From contig JAUCBJ010008469.1 in assembly GCA_032718475.1 (NCBI GenBank), positions 1-32,420 of the forward strand: 32,420 nt of DNA, in the 5' to 3' direction. The notes beneath the pieces were generated by a model. That model was not told where the DNA came from. It made no database searches and was given only the letters and a program-made list of their open reading frames with translations. A program made the position numbers and the translations under genes. The stretch is from Nemertoderma westbladi. Its lineage: Eukaryota > Animalia > Xenacoelomorpha. The stretch's first letter is position 1. The number at the start of each line of letters is the position of its first letter. Positions 20,417 to 30,408 of the stretch are shown piece after piece.

Positions 20417-23400
20417 TTACGTTGGGGAGTCCCTAGATGTTTGTTGGATTAGGGAGGTGGTCGTGGGAAAAGTATCTTGCCTTCCATAGTTTCCGGACAG
20501 TTCTCGGTCTCTTTCCAGTAAACATAAACGACCAACTGGGAGATTGAGTTGTTGTGTTTCGAATACAATTCCAGGTTTCCTCTTCGTCCTGGAATAGTGA
20601 CGATAGAAACATCGCTTCACATACACGACGGCCTTACAAAGCTGATTCCAGGATCTATAGTGGTCCATCGCTCCCGGCAGGAGAGGTGAGAGTCCCGGCG
20701 AGACGTCTGGTGTTCCAGATCTCCAGTCACTCTCTCTGATCTCCACAACAGATCGGTTCGCGGTGGGGGAGTTTAGATCCACAGCGTCGTCCCTGGCAAT
20801 GTGTAGTACAGACAGATCTATCACGGGTTTAAATAACCTTGATTTACTCGTCCGGGTTTTAGGTTTGACTTTCTCCGCTCCCTTGGCTTGTCTAATCTCA
20901 GCCGTGGTAAGAAGGGGAGGCCATTCATCTTCTTTACTTAGGAAGTCGGGTCCACCTAACCAGTCTGGAGTATCTGTCAGTTCTTGAGGAGTTGCTCCTC
21001 TGGAAGCGATGTCGGCTAGATTAATCGTCTCGGGGCAATGTCTCCATTGATCTACATTAGAGTTAATATCGTCATTATCTGAGGAGTATGGTGTTCCCTC
21101 AGTTGTGGTCGTCTCTCCCTCACTGATGTCTTCTTCCCATTCACTCTCCTGATGGACCCGATCTTTGGGTAGCCTTTCCATGAGTGTCCTACGGGAAGGT
21201 CCAGTGAGGTACCAACCTACTCTTGTTCTTCCCGCATAGGTTTGCAGTGGTTGCGGTTGAGCAGGCCGTTTCTCCAATGTCTCAAGCGCCTCATGCGCAT
21301 TTTGGCCGATGAGTATTTGCACTCCAGGGTAGTCTGTGTTGAATCTAGGTATCTTATGCTGCTGGGTGAAACAGTCCTCATCCCAGTTATAAGGTTCCAC
21401 TTGGCTGGTAGCGAAGTTCTTTATCGCCACCATTTTTACTGACCTTATACTGTGTTCTCCTAGTTCATCCTGGGGGGTGGACAATGCGCCTACATAGTAG
21501 TCTGTAGCTATTGTAGATTTCCAAACCTGCATAATTCCTGCAAGGTTCAACTTAGTTCGGAACTTGGGTTGTCCAGCAAAGATGTCTTCGGCTAGTTCTT
21601 TGTCGATGAATGTTCCTGTGCTGCCGGAGTCAAGGAGGGCGTTCACTATATAGCTCTTTTCGGGCCCGTGGACTCTCAACTGCACTACGGGAAATTCTCG
21701 GATTCCTACATTGGAAGTTGGTGCTTTCCAAGATGGTTGTCGGTCAGGAGTAGTTAGGGGGAGCTCACTGACGGTTTCTTTCTCATACGTAAGTGCTCGA
21801 TGCACTGCGGTATTTATTAGGTAACTGGATTCGTTTTCGTCGGAGAATTCGTCCGTATAGAATCCTTCCATCTCAGAACTTTGGTCAGTGTCGTTCACAT
21901 CACTGAATTGGACATGTAGTTCGGACTCACTTACCTGACTAGGGCTGTTTCTTTCGAATTCAGTGTGCAACAAGATATGATGTTTCGCGCCGCACTTAGC
22001 ACATCTTGCGTCGGAGTAACAGGTTCGCCGTTGGTGTCCTCGTCTGAGGCAATTATAACACAACCGCTTATCCCACATGACTTCATGTCTATCCTTTAGT
22101 GATTTCCTCAGGAATTCATCACACGCACTTAAACGGTGGGGCCCGTCGCACAGCACACATTTTGGTTTGATGTTACTTACCTTACTTTGGGTAACGTTGT
22201 GCATACTCGTTCTTTCCTCTGGCTTTCTTCCATGAATTCTCTTAGGAGATGTAGGAGTTTTTGTTACCTGTTCTCTCCTGTCATTGGTTCGAGACTTAAA
22301 TTTACTTACGTCTTTAGGCGCTTTGTTGTCATAGTAAGATCTTTCAGTGTCTTTCCCGCTGTCCTCCTCTTGAGAAGCCTGGCTTTCGCTGTCGTCTGTA
22401 TAACACACTGGTGTTACCTTTCTCCTAGAAGCGGGTTTCTCACTTACCTTATTTTCCGGTGTCTTCTCTCTGGACTGCTTTAGGAGCTGTAATTTCACCT
22501 CTCCATCTAAGAATGACATGAGATCAGCCATGGTAGGGTCTCTTCGTTGTTGTTCCATCATATATAACACTTTCTTGTCCCAGCGTGTACCTACTCCACC
22601 CTTTGGCAAAGCAGATGCTACGGCTCCAATAACCATAGAATTCTGGTATTCATGAGACTTACCTAACCAATCTAGTTGTCTACAGATCTCCTGAATCTCG
22701 TCGGAAAACTCTATAATCCCGCTGCTAAGAAACTTTTGGGGCGCCATTAATTTCGCATACAAATACCTAGCTATGTTATTCCTATTACCATACCTGATGT
22801 TTAATGTATCCCAAACTTGTCTTAATCCATCTGGATGTCCAATAAACTTTAACGCCATTAACTTGGGAGATCCTTCCAAGCACTCGATGAGGAATCTCAG
22901 TTTCTCTCTGTTAGATAGCACAGAGTTCTGTATGTTATCTTTGTAATATTCATTAAAAGGTAACCATTTCATCTCATCTCCATTGAACTTGACGATCTCT
23001 CCCACCTTTACCGCTTGACGGGCTTCGGTTCTAGCCATTTGACGTGTAAAACTTTCTTGGGCCATCGTGTTATTTAATATTGAGCTATCGGTATATAAAT
23101 TTCTTGGATTATGATCAGGTCTATATGGAATATCATTGTCAACAGGTTTATAATTACCCTTAGTAGGGTTTACTATAGGAGTTTCTACTTCACTAGCAGT
23201 ATAGATGCGTGTAGGCTCCACACCTTGCGCATGAAATACTTCAGACCTAACAGGTTGACACATTGTTACCGGGGTTGGTGGTATACCCCTTTGGGTATTT
23301 ACTAATTTATCGCGTTCTAACGCGATACTCTGCTGCACTTCTTGCAACTCTAACCTACTTTCCCTTACCGTGCCCTTGAACTGCTGAACAGTTCCTTCCA

Positions 23401-23851
23401 TCTCCCGGACCTGCTGAGAGGAGCACTTACGGTGTTCCCTCAGCTGCCCGAGCAGGAGACCCATCTCCCGTCGTCCCTCATCTACCCACTCTACCGCCGA
23501 AGCGGGAGCCGCCAACATAGTAGCGGGCGGACGAGGGACAACGGGTGACAAATCATTGATATTTCGCTCGGTGTCCAGGACAGGAACTGTCTCAGGGGTT
23601 GTTCTGCTGGGCACAGGTAGTTTAGTACTGTGCAAAGGGAATTTAGAGGTAGGTTCTGGGAGTACAGGTGTCTCTATCACCGAAGGGGTGGCTTCGAGAA
23701 CAGGCCTAATTATTTCAGGCTCATCTACTATAGTAGGGAGTCTTTCTATTTTAATAATTTGGTCTGTGGGTTCTGTACTACCTAAGTCTGTGCTAGCTAG
23801 TTGCCTTCTAACAGCTGGGGGCAAATCAGGCAATTTCTGACGGTGGGACAT
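20417..23851 (-). CDS. BEL/Pao Gag-aspartic protease polyprotein with a remnant of the RNase H C-terminus (1144 aa)
   Basis: DUF1759-like gag core (KFNGD..KW..F...Y...I....LSN.EKL.FL...LEG) and knuckles CVLCDGPHRLSAC, CYNCLRRGHQRRTC and CAKCGAKHHILLH. Protease motifs ALLDSGS...ILIG...RTRVGW.L.GP are followed by the Pao RNase H tail WRHCP...NLADIASRG...L....WLGGPDFL. No YxDD or DDE motifs. Confidence 0.9.
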   Translation of the reverse strand: MSHRQKLPDLPPAVRRQLASTDLGSTEPTDQIIKIERLPTIVDEPEIIRPVLEATPSVIETPVLPEPTSKFPLHSTKLPVPSRTTPETVPVLDTERNINDLSPVVPRPPATMLAAPASAVEWVDEGRREMGLLLGQLREHRKCSSQQVREMEGTVQQFKGTVRESRLELQEVQQSIALERDKLVNTQRGIPPTPVTMCQPVRSEVFHAQGVEPTRIYTASEVETPIVNPTKGNYKPVDNDIPYRPDHNPRNLYTDSSILNNTMAQESFTRQMARTEARQAVKVGEIVKFNGDEMKWLPFNEYYKDNIQNSVLSNREKLRFLIECLEGSPKLMALKFIGHPDGLRQVWDTLNIRYGNRNNIARYLYAKLMAPQKFLSSGIIEFSDEIQEICRQLDWLGKSHEYQNSMVIGAVASALPKGGVGTRWDKKVLYMMEQQRRDPTMADLMSFLDGEVKLQLLKQSREKTPENKVSEKPASRRKVTPVCYTDDSESQASQEEDSGKDTERSYYDNKAPKDVSKFKSRTNDRREQVTKTPTSPKRIHGRKPEERTSMHNVTQSKVSNIKPKCVLCDGPHRLSACDEFLRKSLKDRHEVMWDKRLCYNCLRRGHQRRTCYSDARCAKCGAKHHILLHTEFERNSPSQVSESELHVQFSDVNDTDQSSEMEGFYTDEFSDENESSYLINTAVHRALTYEKETVSELPLTTPDRQPSWKAPTSNVGIREFPVVQLRVHGPEKSYIVNALLDSGSTGTFIDKELAEDIFAGQPKFRTKLNLAGIMQVWKSTIATDYYVGALSTPQDELGEHSIRSVKMVAIKNFATSQVEPYNWDEDCFTQQHKIPRFNTDYPGVQILIGQNAHEALETLEKRPAQPQPLQTYAGRTRVGWYLTGPSRRTLMERLPKDRVHQESEWEEDISEGETTTTEGTPYSSDNDDINSNVDQWRHCPETINLADIASRGATPQELTDTPDWLGGPDFLSKEDEWPPLLTTAEIRQAKGAEKVKPKTRTSKSRLFKPVIDLSVLHIARDDAVDLNSPTANRSVVEIRESDWRSGTPDVSPGLSPLLPGAMDHYRSWNQLCKAVVYVKRCFYRHYSRTKRKPGIVFETQQLNLPVGRLCLLERDRELSGNYGRQDTFPTTTSLIQQTSRDSPT

Positions 23852-24046
23852 TCTTCTACGCCTACTTAGACTCTTCAGATGCCCTCCGTTCTGCTTCTGC
23901 CACTGCTATCTTTCTTTCCGCTTCGGCCGCTTTTCTTTCCGCTTCTGCCGCTGCCGCTTTTCTTTCCGCTTCCACTGCTGCGGCTGCCACTTTTGCCTCT
24001 GCCGCTGCCGCTTTTGCCTCTGCCGCTGCTGCTTTTCTTTCCGCTT

Positions 24047-25339
24047 CTACTGCGCAGCTGCCGCTTTTGCCTCTGCCGCTGCCTCTGCCGCTTTTCTTTC
24101 CACTTCTGCCGCTTTTCTTTCCGCTTCTGCCGCTGCCACTGCCGCTGCCGCTGCTGCTGTCTTTCTGTCTTCTATACGTTTTTTCTTTACTTGTTCTTCT
24201 TGAACCTTAGCGATGCGGATGCTTTCATCAAATTTAGCTTGGTTCGCAGCTAGCATTTCCGCATCTATTGCGTCCAGCACAAACTTGGCTCCTTCACTAT
24301 TAGGGCGAAGTCCAGCCAGCCGACTCCTCAACTCTTCATCTCCTACAAAACGTTGATAGTCCGACAGATAGATGTCAATAGCATCCCTCTTATGCGGTTT
24401 CTCTGCCGTCGCTTCACTTTCCACTTGGGAAAATGTAGCGTCTGTTGATTCTCCGTGGGTTGAGCGCTCAGCCAGCTGAGATTTCCACTGGGCAGTTCCT
24501 TGAACTTGGAGACTCACCCGCTGAAACCAAGTCTTTACGGCAACTTGCAACGACGTGTCTTGGGTTCTTTTCGAAGCTTCCTCAAAGGCCGATAGGATTA
24601 GTCTGATTCTTAGAATTCTTTCTCGAACTTGATAAAGCAGCTCTCCCTGCTCTTGAGGTCCTTGGGTTTGTTGAAACAGTTGTTCCTCTAATCGCTCCAA
24701 AGAGCTGAAGAATCCCTGTACATATCCTGCTGCCGACCTCTTCCACACAGCTGGATCACTACTTTCTTTTGTCACTCCCATCCTGTGTATGTCTTCCCAG
24801 GCAGCTTCTGATAAGTCAAACGGGAGTCCGGGTCCGGGGAAGTTCCATTGCGACTCGACAATAGACTTCAGTTCCTCCCTTGTGTATCCCGCATAACTAT
24901 CCTTGGTCGATCGCTTACTTCTCGCCCAATCGATTTGGTGTTCTTCCACCGCAATCAATAACCTAGTGAGCACGGCTGCAGGAAGAATGAGAAGGGGATC
25001 CGAATAAACCGCATCTGCCATCTTTGCTCCGCGCTCGGGTGTCAGCTCTACAGTATCCGAACTACTGGAGCTGTCGGGCCGCTGAGGAATAAGTTCTCGG
25101 CTCGAGTGTTGCTGCTGTTTAACAGCTGCTTCTTGGTCCCGCTTGACTTGAGCCCGAGTGCCTATGATAGACCTACGGTGTTGGACTAGCCTAGGGTCTG
25201 ATACTACCACTGGAGGGATGATCTTTCTTACAGTAGGAGGTGAGTTGAACTTTGGTCTAACACATTCCACACTCCTGTCTGGGTCACAGATGGTTGTATC
25301 TAGGAGACTGTCTGACAGGTTTTGTTTTGTGTCAGACAT
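24047..25339 (-). CDS. N-terminal part of the element's Gag ORF (430 aa, coiled-coil, Ala/Glu/Lys repeat), probably once continuous with 20417-23851
   Basis: Same strand and same frame as the downstream ORF. The AEAERKAA repeat continues in a shifted frame through about 24050-23880, which implies two compensating frameshifts. Confidence 0.7.
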   Translation of the reverse strand: MSDTKQNLSDSLLDTTICDPDRSVECVRPKFNSPPTVRKIIPPVVVSDPRLVQHRRSIIGTRAQVKRDQEAAVKQQQHSSRELIPQRPDSSSSSDTVELTPERGAKMADAVYSDPLLILPAAVLTRLLIAVEEHQIDWARSKRSTKDSYAGYTREELKSIVESQWNFPGPGLPFDLSEAAWEDIHRMGVTKESSDPAVWKRSAAGYVQGFFSSLERLEEQLFQQTQGPQEQGELLYQVRERILRIRLILSAFEEASKRTQDTSLQVAVKTWFQRVSLQVQGTAQWKSQLAERSTHGESTDATFSQVESEATAEKPHKRDAIDIYLSDYQRFVGDEELRSRLAGLRPNSEGAKFVLDAIDAEMLAANQAKFDESIRIAKVQEEQVKKKRIEDRKTAAAAAAVAAAEAERKAAEVERKAAEAAAEAKAAAAQ

Positions 25340-25477
25340 GTTTGTTTGTACAGTTGAATGCCTACTGCTATATTACAGTTAAAGCAAGTCTAGTAATTCA
25401 GTATCAACTGTTAGCCTAGTAATTAATTACCGATATCGTTACTCTATGTAATGTGATATATATACAATGTATTAGAG

Positions 25478-25846
25478 TACCGGTATATACTTATAGTATA
25501 TATATAAGTATTATTACAGACTAGGTTTGTCACAGAATACCGGTATATAATTTCAGCACAAATATATATAAATATATAATAGGCCTATCGTGAATACCTG
25601 TATACAACTCACACTTATAATATATATAAGTATAATTATAGACTAGAATTAATTACAGAATACCGGTATATAATTTCAGCACAAATATATAGAAATATAT
25701 AATAAGGTGAATACCGGTATACAGCTTACACTTATAGTATATATAAGTATAATTATAGACTAGAATTAATTACAGAATACCGGTATATAATTTCAGCGCA
25801 AATATATAGAAATATATAATAAGCCTACCGTGAATACCGGTATACA
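25478..25846. repeat. AT-rich tandem repeat of about 120 bp, 3 copies, in the element leader
   Basis: gaataccggtatataatttcagc occurs at about 25535, 25657 and 25775. Confidence 0.92.
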
Positions 25847-27429
25847 ATTATTTTAGAATAATTGAATTTCTGAATTTTAGAGTTACTTGGTTACTTTACT
25901 TTACTTTATTACCGTTATTTAAGCAGTAGTCCAACTGACATTAAGACCTAATTGTTGTAAGACAGGCCTACTATTTTATAAATCGGTTTGAGTTGATTTA
26001 TAATATATATACCCGTTTAATGGGTTTTTGTCAATATTTGAAATAAATGTTATTATTTCTGGGAAAGAGTCACTGCACAGAAGCTGTACGCTCTCAGTGA
26101 AGTGCTACTTGTTGGACACTAAAACAAATAATTCTAATTTTCCTAAGTTACTTAATACTACAAATTACGTACAATACGGGGTGAGATTACAATCTCTAAA
26201 TAAACACAAAAGTTACACGTACGAATTTTTAGGGTAATTTTACAAGAAGTCTACAAACCAGCCTAACAAAGGGTTAGAATATCTGGTTATTACAGACGGA
26301 AAGGATACTACGGTATTTGAAAATAATAAAGCAGTAGTAAATATACTGCGTTGTCCAGATAGGAAAAATACCACCATCTGACGACTTATAGCCGTAACGC
26401 TATAAGTACTACGTTATGTATCACGTAGTGTTCCTACCTAGAAGTTAATTACTGCGGCCTACCAGAGCCAACGTGCCTATTAACCACTTTACAACACAAA
26501 TATACTGCCTACACACTAATTACCTTCGGAAAGCACTGTACACTAAACCCTAAATTAGGTACAAGTACTTATACAACAAATAACCAGCAGTTAAAATACT
26601 TGAACAGCTAAAAGAACCACGGTATCTGCCAGAGTGACCAAAGCATAAAATCTCCAGTCTTTACCTACGCCGAACAGCCCTGATGTAGTACCGGGGTTAA
26701 TTTAACTATAACGGTATGTATAACAAGCACAATTACTGTAGGAATAAACTTGGGGGTATGTATGTTGCGAATAATCGCATAAACTCTGAATAATAAATAT
26801 TACGCTACCCTTACAGACTACACAAACAAAATACAGACCAAACGCTGGCAGACTACTATCAAGCCTAAATAAACTACAGTATATGCAGACTCCGAAATGG
26901 TTAGTTAGTATGCGTTCTAACCGAGTAGTACGACTTATTCTTTCGGGGGGATTTACCTTACAGCACTGGATGCCCACCACGTTCCTAACTAGTACTTTAT
27001 CGGACATACACTCTACACACACTGCAATCTCTTCAGACTTAACAACAGTCAGACAACAGTCCAGCCTACAAATTATTTATACAATCTGAGCAGGCTTACA
27101 CGCCTTCTGCTCAATATTAACTTACAAATAAATAAAACTGACAGAAATAGGCCTAAGTAAAATCCCAATAAAAAACCAGGCGTCCCCGATTAAATATTAA
27201 GACCTACCGGTATATAATTATCAAAATCGAATAATACTGCTGTACCTGTACTGCTGTAAGTACCGGTTCGGGTGGTTAGGCAGTCAGGCCTACTGGTTAC
27301 CGGTCGACCGGTACTTTTGCTTTATTGCTTACTTTGCAAAAAAAGAAGCAATAACTGTTATTGTTCTTACCAGAACAATAGACAACTATATTTATTGCCT
27401 ACACTGCAATCAGAAGAAATAACTGTTAT

Positions 27430-28601
27430 TGTTCGCGCTTTTAGACCTTTAGCAGTTTAACCTGCCAAATTTAGGTGTCTTCTAGGTTATAAATCGACTT
27501 TAGCCTATGACAAGTATTTGATATACTGCATTAGCCGAAGCCAGCCTATGCGCGACCATTCACCCACTGGATTTACCCGGGAGACTGGATTCGGATGCTC
27601 TGACCTTATTGCGGTGTAGGCCTACTGTATTATTCGATTGATCGTTAATATATAATCTCTGACAAATATTATTCACTTTCGGGAAATATTAACAGTTCCT
27701 TTAGGACGTGGCGCTCTAAGTATGTAAACAGAGTTATGACTTACACTAAACACAATGGGATGGCTAATGATTCACGTATAAAGCACATTCTTTAGGAGAT
27801 GCTTTGTTATCTATCACACTCATGCACACTACCGCACACTGCTGCACACCGATCTGCCGACCTTCACTAATTTTAATCATATATAAGGAGAACAGCAACC
27901 GACACATGTAGGGCCTATGAAATAGCATTCAATTCACTCCAAAACCACTATAATGTAAGTCGCAATTGCTATATGTAACCGGTCTCTCTAACCTTCAGTA
28001 TATCAAGAAGATTGGGGTTTTATGGTTATTTATCGATATTCTCCAAATATAACAATATTCCATCAACTGGTACAATTAATAACCGACAGTAAATAGCAGT
28101 AAAATAATGCGGTGAAAGGTACGTATAGTTATGATATGATAAGTGGTAGATAGAATAACAGTTATACGTTTCTATAATCAAAGCCGTTCTAATGTTTGGC
28201 TAAAGTCTGAAAAAGAGAATAATTCCACAGACGGTGTTCTGGCATCAGGAAAAAAGGTAAACATAAACCATAATGCATTGCGCGATTTCCAGGAGGTTTC
28301 TGTACAAATAAAATGAAAATCGCTCTGATTGGTCGACCGAACAAAGAACAAAGAAAAAGTTACACGTGGACATATCAGCTGATAGATGTCGTCATCTGAA
28401 CTAAACTGCATCAAGAGTATTTTGGCGTATTGCGACATAAAATCGCTAGTTATGTCCGCTAAAGTACACATACAGAAGAAATGGCTTTTTATGTCCACTA
28501 AAACACCGGTACAGTAAGGAAACGGCTTTTTATGTCCGCTAAAACACCTACAGAGTACTTTGCGGGGAAAATGACTAGCTAATTCCGCAAAAGCCTTTAC
28601 A
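27430..28601 (-). repeat. 5' LTR (1172 bp; TGTAAAGG...GCGCGAACA on the minus strand)
   Basis: 27551-28601 matches the 3' LTR. 27430-27550 matches the end of the sister LTR at about 615-747. It contains a CCAAT box (gaccaatcagag, minus, about 28323-28334). Confidence 0.9.
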
Positions 28602-28886
28602 GCACTAGCACAAATTACGACTGTCAGACTGTAGGATGAGTACCAGTACTGATTCTCAGACTGCAGATTATCAGATCCTCTGCTGCTCTGAATCGACCAC
28701 GGGTTCGAATCGAACCCGCGGGACCTACACAAAAGCAAAGTCAAGATAAGTCGCTGATAAATTGCTACTAATTTCGCCGGATAATACTCTGCTAATTTCG
28801 CCGGATAAAAGCAGGCTTTTTGGTTCCAAATGTTCTTAAAGGTTTCGAAGGGTATGGATTTCGAAGAGAAAAATCCGTCGTTTAAT

Positions 28887-29105
28887 AGACTATTAGCCTT
28901 CGATTAGAAGTTTACGAAGCATTTTCGAAGGATAATTCGAAGACAAAAATGCTTCGTTTAGTACAGTAGTAGACTATTAGCCTTCGATTATAAGTTTACG
29001 AAGCATTTTCGAAGGATAATTCGAAGACAAAAATGCTTCGTTTAGTAGACTATTCGCCTGCGATTATAAGTTTATGAAGCATTTTTCGAAGGATGATTTC
29101 GAAGA
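28887..29105. repeat. TTCGAA-rich tandem repeat of about 76 bp, about 3 copies
   Basis: agactatt.gcct.cgatta.aagttta.gaagcatttt starts at 28887, 28971 and 29047. It sits in an insertion of about 550 bp that splits a copy of the 15282-15476 repeat. Confidence 0.9.
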
Positions 29106-29281
29106 GGAAGATCCCGGGTGGGTATGAGCCTATACCTACCCTACACCATACTTCCCTATCCTACAATACGTTATACACTTATTAATGGAAGCGGCTGAGT
29201 ATATAGAGAAATATATAATCAATTTGAGGGTATCTATGGAAACTTTAGGTGATAATCGAAAAATTAGAATTGGTTAGTATA

Positions 29282-29432
29282 GCACATAATGAATTACATG
29301 TGAATGGCGAATGGACTTGGAAGGTGGGGCGAATAGGCCAACTGTCCATATCGATTCGCCCCAGGTCTATATGCCCCTAAAATGTGGGGCCAATCGACTT
29401 GGGGCGAAATGTTCGAGGGACGAAGCGACCCG
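29282..29432 (+). mobile_element. Second copy of the right arm of the GGGGCGAAT MITE family
   Basis: cataatgaattacatgtgaatggcgaatggacttgg...cgacccg closely matches 15308-15470. The upstream piece gggttcgaa..cccgcgggaccta is at about 28701-28727 (compare 15282-15303). Confidence 0.85.
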
Positions 29433-29440
29433 TGGGTGCG

Positions 29441-29775
29441 TTAAGTGGGTGGAGCAGATGCAAGGGCCATACGTTGGTGGCAACAGTCGGAGATAGATTG
29501 GATTGCATGTTCTAAGTCAAGTGCATAAAAATACCAGGCACAGACACGTCTCAGTTGGGCACGAGGGGGGTGATATTAAGCTCTAAATGAAGTAAGGTGA
29601 GGAGGCCAATGAAGGCATTTCGTGGTATCACAATTAGTTCTTGTGGTGCCTGGAAGGGAACATTCATGCGGACAATGAGAAGATCATCAGAGGAGATAGA
29701 TGTGACACCCAGATATTGTTTTACATCCCGGATGTTAGTTAATTTCTTAGAACGTTTACGAGTCCTCGAGTTCAC
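29441..29775 (-). pseudogene. Ty3/Gypsy-type pol fragment (integrase N-terminal zinc-binding region)
   Basis: SKKLTNIRDVKQYL...LIVIPR....LLTLLHLELN, frameshift, then HPPRAQLRRV..YFYALDLEHAIQSISDCCHQR. This is an H-H-C-C type domain with the last Cys lost. Confidence 0.75.
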
Positions 29776-30408
29776 AAGGGAGCCAAGATGTCTGGTGTAT
29801 GTGTAATTTAGCAGAATAATAACCCGCAACTAGGAAGGATGATGCAACGGAACAACTTTCGCATATCCAATTTACTTTCGGAAAAGCTGAGGCTGAACAC
29901 AGTAGGAATGGTGTTATTTCTGATGCTTCTTTAATTCTTATTTTTTAGTGAACAGCTTTATTTCAACAGTACAAGACGGACATGGAAAATCCTTCTTAGT
30001 AGTTGTCTTCGGCGGCCGTCCATGTGCATTCGTTTCGTGCCTACGTATATTACCTTTCCTTGTAAATGCACTTTCACACAACTTTCACACTCAAACATGA
30101 TAAAACTACAGTATTAAAGCAAATAAAATAAAATATGGGAGAATCTTGACGCAATCAATATTCATCCCTCTTCAGGGTAAAATCGTAGCGATTAACGCAG
30201 CAAAAATAAAACTGTAACCTGTTAAATTGACATTCGTTTATTGTTTTGTTAGAATAATGTGCCACTGTAATATGCTCCTTTTTGTTACCTAATGTAATTG
30301 ATATAGCTCTTAATTCACTGAGACAAGATATTTATTTGCCGAGGTTAGATTTGTGTCAAGTTTACGCCCCTGCCTTTATATAATATTTATTTGTTATTTC
30401 GTGGTGTA

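Larger units (their letters stand above)
16041..28601 (-). mobile_element. BEL/Pao LTR retrotransposon, non-autonomous (gag-protease retained, RT and integrase absent)
   Basis: Direct repeats at a constant 11510-bp offset, TG...CA termini and a 5-bp TSD GCACT (16036-16040 and 28602-28606). The internal minus-strand ORF has the BEL-type triple zinc knuckle and protease. A short purine tract GGGAGCGG (minus, 17092-17099) abuts the 3' LTR. Confidence 0.93.

Noticed and set aside
23879-24253. Leu/Pro/Phe/Cys-rich + strand ORF
   Set aside because: It is the antisense shadow of the Ala/Glu/Lys repeat.
28178-28744. 188-aa ORF and its 106-aa twin at 16668-16988
   Set aside because: Both lie in the LTRs and the longer one starts in flanking DNA outside the element. 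No recognisable domain.
28850-29105. Heat-shock element array
   Set aside because: The repeats are TTCGAA with no spacer, not the TTCnnGAA/GAAnnTTC pentamer arrangement.
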